The notes beneath the pieces were generated by a model. It was not told where the DNA came from. It worked only from the letters and a program-made list of their open reading frames with translations, and ran no database searches. The translations under genes and the position numbers were made by a program. From an uncultured Candidatus Saccharibacteria bacterium (GTDB lineage Bacteria; Patescibacteriota; Minisyncoccia; Phycocordibacterales; Phycocordibacteraceae), in assembly GCA_964650475.1 (NCBI GenBank), contig CAZYRK010000004.1, forward strand, positions 3,787 through 39,494: 35,708 bases of DNA. Reading direction: 5' to 3'. Positions 7,854 to 15,545 of this stretch are shown here, in pieces (position 1 is the first letter of the stretch; each line of letters starts with the position of its first letter).

Positions 7854-8702
7854 TCATTTTGCTATGTATGTTGTTGTTCCGGAAAAGTAACTTATTATTC
7901 CATTAGTTCCTATGGAGGTCTTTGAAAGCGCTCCGAAACTTATAATGGTTACCAAAACAACAACCGATGCAATGAAAATAGTGACGATATTTACAACCTG
8001 CGCAAAAAAGTTTTTATTCTCCGAAGCTTCAAAATATACATTATCATCTGTATCTATAGATTCACCGTTCTTATTACCGCCCTGCGAAACATTGTTTTCT
8101 GAAGACTTGGTTCCGTATTTTTTACTTATTTCAGCATTCCATTTTTGTAAAGCTTCAATACTTTTAGTTGTTTCCAAAGAATCATCGATAAGTGATATGT
8201 CTATATCCGATATAGTGTTATCAGGTTCATGACAAGACTCGTTGTGAGGGATTTCCATATGTTTTTCAGAAACATCAGTATCGAATTCTTTATCGACATC
8301 ACAGCTATTATGGCTTTTTTTCAAAGTAGCGCTTCCATTATTTAATGGAAATTCTTGCTCTTGTTGTTGAACCTGCTTTGATGCTGTGGACTTTTTATTT
8401 AACTTAATAAGCTTTATTGGCGCTACGTCCTCGTGGGTGTATTTGATGTGTTCACTATATGACTCTTTTTTCTTTGTATTTTTATCTTGTTTCGTACTTG
8501 TTTCCGAATCAGAAGTTTTTTCGCCACCAAAACGATGCGCGCGGATAGAATCTTCCAACACATACCAACTTCTCCCAACGAGACGTGCCGTCACTCGCCC
8601 TTCTCTGCACAACTGCCCTACGTAGTCCTTTGCGTAACCGGTTATTTTTGCAGCACCTTTTGAAGAAAGATACTTTTTGCCATCTAGAGTGAGTTCATCC
8701 AT
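7854..8702 (-). CDS. HTH protein with acidic disordered linker and C-terminal TM
   Basis: YLSSKGAAKITGYAKDYVGQLCREGRVTARLVGRSWYV HTH, paralogous to 6613-7659; TM VVNIVTIFIASVVVLVTIISFGAL. Confidence 0.75.
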   Translation of the reverse strand: MDELTLDGKKYLSSKGAAKITGYAKDYVGQLCREGRVTARLVGRSWYVLEDSIRAHRFGGEKTSDSETSTKQDKNTKKKESYSEHIKYTHEDVAPIKLIKLNKKSTASKQVQQQEQEFPLNNGSATLKKSHNSCDVDKEFDTDVSEKHMEIPHNESCHEPDNTISDIDISLIDDSLETTKSIEALQKWNAEISKKYGTKSSENNVSQGGNKNGESIDTDDNVYFEASENKNFFAQVVNIVTIFIASVVVLVTIISFGALSKTSIGTNGIISYFSGTTTYIAK

Positions 8703-8785
8703 ATACTTATAGTATATACAATACTCGTCTCGTTTGGAACATGGCTCCTGTGCATTTCTATTTCTCCGCCAAATAAACAGTACGT

Positions 8786-10210
8786 TTAATGCGTAAGTAT
8801 CCCGAGTAAAAGCTCTTTAAAGACAGCGGGATTACCGGAGCCTTTTGACACTTTCATGCACTGCCCTATAAGAAATTGCAACACCGATTCTTTGCCGGAA
8901 CGAAACTCTTCTGCAACACCAGCATGCTCCTCAAGAACAGCGCTGACAATCTGTGCGAGAGCTTCACGGTCCTGTGTCTGTAACAACCCGTGTTCTTTTG
9001 CAATATCCTCCGGATTGGAACCTTTTTCCGCCATTAAAGCCAAGATATCTTTAGCTCCTCGCGAAGAGAGGTTTCCTGAATCTAGCATACGAATAAGTTT
9101 TGCAAATGATGCTGGTTGTATGTTTTCGTATTCTTTACCACCGTTTTTTGCATACCAACCGGCAAGATCTGATACAAGATAGTTTGTTGCCGTTGATATA
9201 AGCCCCACATCACCATCGAGAGATTTCGCCACGTTCTCAAAAAAAGCAGAGCGGTCTGCCGTATCGATAATATATTCTATAGCATCATCACTAAGCTGAT
9301 ACGCTTGTTTGTATCTCTCTCTGCGTTGCGCAGGTAGCTCTGGTATTGTTAAAGCAACAGCTTCTTGTGTGAAGTCTTTTATTTCTTTAAGTACAAGCTT
9401 CGGTAAATCCGGCTCTGGAAAATACCTATAGTCTGCACTTCCTTCTTTTAGACGCTGTTGAAATGTTTTTTGTGTACTTTCTTCCCAACCGCGAGTCTCT
9501 TGGAAGAGTTTTTCACCTTTTTTAAGAGCCTCTATCTGACGAGCAATTTCAAAAGACACTGCGCGCTCCGCAGAACGAAATGAATTTAGGTTTTTTACCT
9601 CAACCTTTGTACCGAGAGTATCGTCTTTTGATACCGAGATATTTGCTTCGACACGCATCTCACCCTTCTCAAGATTTGCTTTAGACGCACCGAGAGCGCG
9701 TAAAACACGCTGTAATTCTCTCGCAAAACGCCCAACAGTAGCAACATCATGTATTACAGGCTCTGTTACAAGCTCCATAAGAGGCACTCCTGCTCTATTA
9801 AAATCAACAAGGCTTTCGCCGTTTGTATGTGACGATCTGGCAGTATCTTCTTCAAGATGTACACGAGTAATCTCTACGCCTGCCAATTCACCACCAGAAA
9901 CAAGTGGGTATTCGTACTGGCTAATTTGATAACCTTTCGGAATATCCGGATAAAAATAGCTCTTTCTGTCGAACTCACTGTAATCTGTTGCCAGTTTTCC
10001 ACCTAAAGCGACACCTACACGCAAAACATGCTTAACAGCTTCTCTGTTAATGGTCGGGAGTGTCCCCGGATGCGCCATACAGATCGGGCACACATGTGCA
10101 TTTGGTCTTGTTTCGTCTGGAGCATTAGCGCAAGAACAAAACATTTTTGTTTTGGTTGCCAGCTCCGCATGTATTTCAAGCCCTATCGTCGGCGTGTATT
10201 CTGTTTCCAT
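8786..10210 (-). CDS. gatB: Asp-tRNA(Asn)/Glu-tRNA(Gln) amidotransferase subunit B
   Basis: IGLEIHAEL, CPICMAHPGTLP, FDRKSYFYPDIPKGYQISQ, HLEEDTA, DFNRAGVPLMELVTEP, EVKNLNSF, DYRYFPEPDLP; start set at ATG 10210 (METEYTP). Confidence 0.97.
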   Translation of the reverse strand: METEYTPTIGLEIHAELATKTKMFCSCANAPDETRPNAHVCPICMAHPGTLPTINREAVKHVLRVGVALGGKLATDYSEFDRKSYFYPDIPKGYQISQYEYPLVSGGELAGVEITRVHLEEDTARSSHTNGESLVDFNRAGVPLMELVTEPVIHDVATVGRFARELQRVLRALGASKANLEKGEMRVEANISVSKDDTLGTKVEVKNLNSFRSAERAVSFEIARQIEALKKGEKLFQETRGWEESTQKTFQQRLKEGSADYRYFPEPDLPKLVLKEIKDFTQEAVALTIPELPAQRRERYKQAYQLSDDAIEYIIDTADRSAFFENVAKSLDGDVGLISTATNYLVSDLAGWYAKNGGKEYENIQPASFAKLIRMLDSGNLSSRGAKDILALMAEKGSNPEDIAKEHGLLQTQDREALAQIVSAVLEEHAGVAEEFRSGKESVLQFLIGQCMKVSKGSGNPAVFKELLLGILTH

Positions 10211-10279
10211 ATTCGCCACGATAGCACACACACAGTCTAAGTGCCTATACTTTACACACATTGAAGCACTGTGAGCGAA

Positions 10280-11254
10280 CTACATTGTAGAAAAAATTTG
10301 TGCCAAATCGTCAGAGAACTTTTTCAAAATTTCATCATTGTATATGGAGACAGCAAGAACCTCTGAGGAGGATTCTTCTTTAATTCGGTTCGTTAGTGTC
10401 TCAATTGTTGCTGTATCGGTAAGATCAACTTTTGAAAGAACGATTATTTCTTTTTTCTCAGAAAGCCCTCTACCAAACAGCTCCAGCTCTTTTCTTATGT
10501 ATTTATAGCTTTCAATTGGGTCATCTTGTTCCACCGAGACGAGATGTATAAGTATTCCAGTCCTCTCTATGTGCTTAAGAAAGCGCGATCCTAGCCCTTT
10601 TCCGGAGGAAGCTCCTTCTATAAGCCCGGGGATGTCCGCGAGTATGCGCCCATAAAAATCTCCGAGGTTCGGCTCGAGTGTTGTAAACGGATATGCTCCG
10701 ACTTTTGCACGAGCGTGTGTTAGTGCGTTAAGCAATGAGGACTTTCCGGCACTCGGTAGCCCTATAAGACCAGCATCTGCAATAAGTTTAAGATTAATCT
10801 CTAGAGTCCCCTTTTCACCTCCCTTGCCTTTTGTAACCTCAAAAGGGTTTTGGTTTGTCGAACTCTTGAAATGAGCGTTTCCGTAGCCTCCGTAGCCTCC
10901 GGATAACAACTTTATTTGCTCGCCTTCTTTTACAATCTCAACGGTCTTTTCAAACTCTGGGATATGCACGACTGTGCCAATAGGAACTTTTAATGTTAGC
11001 GTCTTTCCATTCGCTCCATGTTTATTGTTATACCCTCCTCCTTGCCCATCCTCAGCAAAAACTTTTTTTGTATATCTATATACCGTAAGTGCAGAAACAT
11101 CGCGTACGCCTTCGATTATCACGTCGCCTCCACGCCCACCGTCGCCTCCACAAGGGCCTCCGCGCGGACGACCTTTCTCACGTATCCAGCGCACCACACC
11201 ACCTCCGCCACGACCAGCTGTCGCCTCTAATGTAATTGAATCAATAAGTGCCAT
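10280..11254 (-). CDS. obgE: Obg family GTPase (no C-terminal OCT domain)
   Basis: Gly-rich Obg fold GGDGGRGG, G1 GLPSAGKS, YPFTTLEPNLG, DIPGLIEGAS, FLKHIER, G4 SKVD; start set at ATG 11254. Confidence 0.96.
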   Translation of the reverse strand: MALIDSITLEATAGRGGGGVVRWIREKGRPRGGPCGGDGGRGGDVIIEGVRDVSALTVYRYTKKVFAEDGQGGGYNNKHGANGKTLTLKVPIGTVVHIPEFEKTVEIVKEGEQIKLLSGGYGGYGNAHFKSSTNQNPFEVTKGKGGEKGTLEINLKLIADAGLIGLPSAGKSSLLNALTHARAKVGAYPFTTLEPNLGDFYGRILADIPGLIEGASSGKGLGSRFLKHIERTGILIHLVSVEQDDPIESYKYIRKELELFGRGLSEKKEIIVLSKVDLTDTATIETLTNRIKEESSSEVLAVSIYNDEILKKFSDDLAQIFSTM

Positions 11255-11275
11255 TGCCAGCACCTTACCATATCT

Positions 11276-11312
11276 TTACAAAAAAGACTCTAATTCTACC
11301 GAGCTAGAGTCT
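11276..11312 (-). terminator. Intrinsic terminator downstream of secA
   Basis: Minus strand AGACTCTAgctcggtagaatTAGAGTCT followed by a T-run. Confidence 0.65.
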
Positions 11313-11414
11313 GTATCGTACTTTTTTTGTTTCGTTTGTATTATCCGAGTTTATGAGAGACATACTATCTTGGTTTTTGTATTGTGTTCCAACACAACCA
11401 AAATGAAAAGTTTT

Positions 11415-13949
11415 TTATTCAGGCTCTACAATTCCCCACCCGTCTGCAAGGAGCGGTTCGGCTTTTTTATACTTGAGTGTTCGAGTCTCATCTCCTTTGC
11501 GAATGGTTACGTGATCATTACGCCCAAAAAGGTTGTCGTTAACAATAGGTTCCGATTTAGCACCCTCTTCACTTCCATCGCCGGATGAAACTGCTACGAG
11601 ATTTTGACGTGTTTTTTCTTCCTCGGCACGTATTCTATCGGTATCAGAAAGCACAATTCTTGGCAGAGACTCTCGTACTGTTCGTTCTATGTCTTCTTCC
11701 ATTTTCTTAAAACGAATTATTCCTTCTCGACGATATTCGATAAGAGGATCGCGCTGACCATACGCACGGAGCGACACCGACTGACGCAAGTACTCCATCA
11801 TCTCCAATTGCTCTAGCCAAAAGACATCAATGACTTGCAAAAGCAACCTACGCAACAACAAAACAAAAACCTCTTTGCCGAACTCGTTAAACTTTGCATC
11901 AAAAGCAGTTTGCGCTTCTGCAGAGCTCTCTGTCATCTCGCGCATTACTTTCAGCACTTCATCTTCTGTACCGAAGAGCGCGATATGCCTGTGCTCGTAC
12001 ACGGCAAGGCGCTGTGTGTTTAAGACATCGTCATAAGCGAGTATCTGCTTACGTGAATCAAAATTGAAACCTTCAATACGCTCCTGTGCGCTCTCAAGTG
12101 ACTTTGTAATCATGGCACTCTCGATAGGCTCGTTCTCTGGAATTTTCAGTGTACTCATTACTTTTTTAATAGCATCTGACGCAAAGACACGCATCAGTTT
12201 ATCTTCAAGCGAGACGTAGAAACGCGTTTCTCCCGGATCTCCTTGACGTCCAGAACGCCCTCGCAACTGGTTGTCTATACGGCGCGCTTCGTGTCGCTCC
12301 GTACCTATGACAACAAGCCCTCCGAGGGCAATTATTTCGTCACCCTCTGCTTTGTCTGCCGGCGATCCTCCGAGCTTAATATCGACACCGCGACCAGCCA
12401 TGTTTGTAGCAACAGTTACCCTGCCTTTTCTTCCAGCTTGCGCGATAATCTCTCCTTCACGTTCGTGGTTTTTTGCGTTTAGAACTTCATGCGGTACTCC
12501 CTCTTCCGTAAGATGTCGGCTTATAATCTCGTTGTCTTCGATAGAGACGGTACCTACGAGAACCGGCTGTCCTTTCTTGTGATATAGCGCGACCTGCTTA
12601 GCAACAGCGCGATACTTCCCCAATGCCGTTTGAAATATCTGGTCATTATGATCTTTTCTTTTAATGGGACGGTTTGTAGGTATAGCCACCACATCCAAAG
12701 CATATACGGTATAAAACTCTTCTTCTGAAGAAAGCGCTGTACCTGTCATGCCTGACAACTTCTCGTACATACGGAAATAATTCTGGAATGTAACACTTGC
12801 ATAAGTGCGAGTTTCTTTTTGCACATCGACACCTTCTTTCGCTTCAATCGCTTGATGCAGACCCTCTGACCATCTGCGCCCCGGTTGCAGTCTTCCTGTA
12901 AACTCATCGACAATGACAACCTCGCCGTCTTTTATAACATACTCTTTATCTTTGCTAAACAGAGCTTTCGCACGTACAGACGTCTCTAGATGATGCGCGT
13001 ATTTAACACCTCCTTCCGTATAAAGATTTTCAATACCGAGGGCTTTCTCGGCTTTTGTAATACCATCATCGGTTATCTGAATAGCCTTGAGCTTTTCATC
13101 TACTGTGTAGTCTTTTTCCGGAATAAACGACTGTGCAAGTATTGCAAACTGTTTGTAAAGCTCCCCACTATCTTCTGCTGGTCCGGAAATAATAAGAGGA
13201 GTACGTGCTTCATCTATAAGAATAGAATCAATCTCATCGACAAGAGCGAAATAATGCCCGCGCTGTGCGATTTGTGAGCGATCATACGCCGTGTTGTCAC
13301 GCAGATAGTCGAAACCAAGTTCATTGTTTGTCGCGTATGTTATATCTGCCAAATACGCTTCTTGTTTTGTTACCGGTCGAAGAAAATCATAAAAAACACG
13401 AAAGGCTCCTGTTTCGTCCCTTGCAGAGTCTTCCTCTTTTGTAGTGTGAGTTGGGTCATAGATATACGAACCCGATGCGGTTACAACTCCGAGCGACAAA
13501 CCCAGATAGTAATAGACCTGTCCCATCCAAGCACCGTCGCGACGCGCGAGGTAGTCGTTCACTGTTACAACATGTACGCCCTTTCCTGCGAGAGAGTGCA
13601 GAACAACAGGCAATGTAGCAACAAGCGTCTTTCCTTCACCAGTACGCATCTCTGCTATACGATTGCGTGTGAGTGCGAAACCACCAATAAGCTGTACGTC
13701 ATAATGACGCTCGCCAAGGGTTCTTCTAGCAGACTCGCGAACAATAGCAAAAACTTCTGCAACATCGTCGTTGTCTTTAACCTGACCTTTTGTCCTTTTC
13801 TTTACTTCTAAAAGACGCTTTTTAAGATCTTCTTGCGAAAGCGCTTTTATTTCCTTTTCTAGTTCTGACGCTCTTTCCACTACAGGCTGTGCAGATCGTA
13901 AAAAAGACTTGGACTGATTACGGGCAAAAAATTTATCTAAAATACTCAT
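11415..13949 (-). CDS. secA: Preprotein translocase ATPase SecA
   Basis: AEMRTGEGKT, VTVNDYLARRD, TNNELGFDYLRDN, VDEIDSILIDEARTPLIISG, GRRWSEGLHQAIEAKE, ATNMAGRGVDI, RRIDNQLRGRSGRQGDPG. Confidence 0.98.
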   Translation of the reverse strand: MSILDKFFARNQSKSFLRSAQPVVERASELEKEIKALSQEDLKKRLLEVKKRTKGQVKDNDDVAEVFAIVRESARRTLGERHYDVQLIGGFALTRNRIAEMRTGEGKTLVATLPVVLHSLAGKGVHVVTVNDYLARRDGAWMGQVYYYLGLSLGVVTASGSYIYDPTHTTKEEDSARDETGAFRVFYDFLRPVTKQEAYLADITYATNNELGFDYLRDNTAYDRSQIAQRGHYFALVDEIDSILIDEARTPLIISGPAEDSGELYKQFAILAQSFIPEKDYTVDEKLKAIQITDDGITKAEKALGIENLYTEGGVKYAHHLETSVRAKALFSKDKEYVIKDGEVVIVDEFTGRLQPGRRWSEGLHQAIEAKEGVDVQKETRTYASVTFQNYFRMYEKLSGMTGTALSSEEEFYTVYALDVVAIPTNRPIKRKDHNDQIFQTALGKYRAVAKQVALYHKKGQPVLVGTVSIEDNEIISRHLTEEGVPHEVLNAKNHEREGEIIAQAGRKGRVTVATNMAGRGVDIKLGGSPADKAEGDEIIALGGLVVIGTERHEARRIDNQLRGRSGRQGDPGETRFYVSLEDKLMRVFASDAIKKVMSTLKIPENEPIESAMITKSLESAQERIEGFNFDSRKQILAYDDVLNTQRLAVYEHRHIALFGTEDEVLKVMREMTESSAEAQTAFDAKFNEFGKEVFVLLLRRLLLQVIDVFWLEQLEMMEYLRQSVSLRAYGQRDPLIEYRREGIIRFKKMEEDIERTVRESLPRIVLSDTDRIRAEEEKTRQNLVAVSSGDGSEEGAKSEPIVNDNLFGRNDHVTIRKGDETRTLKYKKAEPLLADGWGIVEPE

Positions 13950-13967
13950 AAAGTGCCATTATAACGC

Positions 13968-13992
13968 AAAAACCTCCCTGATGGGAGGTTTT
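13968..13992 (-). terminator. Intrinsic terminator after the histone-like gene
   Basis: AAAACCTCCC-TGAT-GGGAGGTTTT perfect 10-bp stem with T-runs on both strands, 15 nt past the 14008 stop. Confidence 0.8.
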
Positions 13993-14007
13993 CTTTGATT
14001 CGTCAAT

Positions 14008-14298
14008 TTATCTGCGCCTAGTGGTGCGACGACGCGCTGGCTTTTTTGCTGTTTTGCGTACTGCTTTGCGTACCGGTTTCTTTGCAACCTTACGCGTGGT
14101 CTTCTTTACTGTCTTGCGCGCTACTTTTTTTGCCGGTTTGCGTGTTGTCTTACGCACTGTTCTTTTTGCAACTTTACGCGTAGCTTTCTTTGCAACCTTG
14201 CGTGCCGGTTTACGCGTAACTTTGCGTACGACCTTGCGTGCTGTTTTCTTTACAGTCTTGCGCGCTACTTTTTTTGCTGTGCGTTTTTTTGGTGTCAT
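14008..14298 (-). CDS. Histone H1-like Lys/Arg-rich repeat protein
   Basis: 96 aa composed almost only of K, R, T, V, A, P in x-[KR]-[KR]-x repeats; followed by its own terminator. Confidence 0.75.
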   Translation of the reverse strand: MTPKKRTAKKVARKTVKKTARKVVRKVTRKPARKVAKKATRKVAKRTVRKTTRKPAKKVARKTVKKTTRKVAKKPVRKAVRKTAKKPARRRTTRRR

Positions 14299-14418
14299 AG
14301 TCGTTTGAAAAGTTTGACTAATATTGTCGACCCACTCATGCGTAAAAAATCATGCACGAATGTTCTATATGTATTATTACGCGTGAATTTTTTTTGTGTA
14401 TGCAAACAATGTGTAATG

Positions 14419-14427
14419 TGTGGATAA
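14419..14427 (-). promoter_or_regulatory. DnaA box upstream of the histone-like gene
   Basis: Exact TGTGGATAA in the murB/histone-like intergenic region. Confidence 0.45.
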
Positions 14428-14477
14428 CATTGTGCGAAATTTTTTATAAAAAAATTTCGCACAATGTTCCTCGCACC

Positions 14478-15545
14478 TTACTTCGCAAAAAAAGTTTCCG
14501 TTTCGCGCTCCACTTCGATACCCGTCGCTTCTTTTACGCGCGCAAAAACTTCACGCACACACGCATCGACATCTGCGGAAGTCGCTCCCGGAAGCGTCGT
14601 TAAAACGAGTGGCTGTTTTTCGTGGAGACGCACACGACCAAGCGTAAGCCCTTTTAAACCAAGCACATTATCGAGCACCCATGCAAGAGGCACCTTAATT
14701 CCTTTTGAAGTTTCAAACCCCGGAAGCTCCGGGAAACGCTCTCGAAGAGCTTCGTACTTCTCCGTAGAAAGTACAGGGTTTTTAAAAAACGAACCGGAGC
14801 TTCCGATATTTGCAGGTGGCATTTTTGATGCGCGTATTTTGCGTACAGCATGCGAAATTTCTTTCGGAGTTTTAAGCGGTGTGTCGCGCTCGTTTACACC
14901 TGACAAATCTTTGTATGCAAAATTCGGTTCACCTATTTTTGAAAGACGTAGCGCAACACGAACAACAACCCACTTACTTTCTTGTTTGAATGTACTTTGT
15001 CGGTATCCAAAAGACACATCACTTTTATTTATACGAACAATCTCTCCGGTTTTTTTATCAACCGCTTCCGCCCACGCAAAAACATTTGCTAGCTCCGCTC
15101 CGTAAGCTCCGATATTTTGTACAGGCGCTGCACCGACAGAGCTGGGTATCCCTGCAAGATTTTCTACACCCCACAGATTTACAGAGGTGGCGGTGTCGAC
15201 AACAGAGTTCCATGCCACACCAGCACCGGCTACCAAAAGAGTCTCGTCACCTTCTTCGACAAGCTCAACCCCCGGAATTGCAAGGTGTATTACCAGCCCA
15301 TCGACACCCTTGTCTGGTACCAAAAGATTCGATCCACGACCAAGCACAGCCACACCCACACCGCGCTTTCGCGCATAAGAAAGAGCTGAAATAACTTCTT
15401 CATTTGAATGTACGTCTATAAAAAAACGTGCGCTACCTCCTACACGAAGTGTAGTAAGCGGTGCGAGCGGTACATCTTTTCGTACAATGTAAGTTTCACT
15501 ACCGTTATTAGATTTTTCCTTGTTGTATTCGTTTGATGAGAGCAT
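14478..15545 (-). CDS. murB: UDP-N-acetylenolpyruvoylglucosamine reductase
   Basis: LAPLTTLRVGGSA, LGRGSNLL, ENLAGIPSSVGAAPVQNIGAYG, FGYRQSTFK, GSFFKNP; start position uncertain (overlaps the upstream gene end). Confidence 0.94.
   Translation of the reverse strand: MLSSNEYNKEKSNNGSETYIVRKDVPLAPLTTLRVGGSARFFIDVHSNEEVISALSYARKRGVGVAVLGRGSNLLVPDKGVDGLVIHLAIPGVELVEEGDETLLVAGAGVAWNSVVDTATSVNLWGVENLAGIPSSVGAAPVQNIGAYGAELANVFAWAEAVDKKTGEIVRINKSDVSFGYRQSTFKQESKWVVVRVALRLSKIGEPNFAYKDLSGVNERDTPLKTPKEISHAVRKIRASKMPPANIGSSGSFFKNPVLSTEKYEALRERFPELPGFETSKGIKVPLAWVLDNVLGLKGLTLGRVRLHEKQPLVLTTLPGATSADVDACVREVFARVKEATGIEVERETETFFAK

Noticed and set aside
10211-10261. N-terminal extension of GatB in the ORF track (similarly 17674-17700 and 11255-11263)
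   Set aside because: These extensions overlap -10 elements or terminator hairpins; downstream ATGs match the family N-termini better.
14040-14290. Repetitive DNA resembling a CRISPR or tandem array
   Set aside because: Degenerate 12-nt coding periodicity with no constant repeat/unique spacer structure and no cas genes.
14021-14308. Plus-strand ORF with VFF/TLR repeats
   Set aside because: Antisense shadow of the Lys/Arg repeat gene; the basic minus-strand product is the more plausible protein and fits the local gene orientation.
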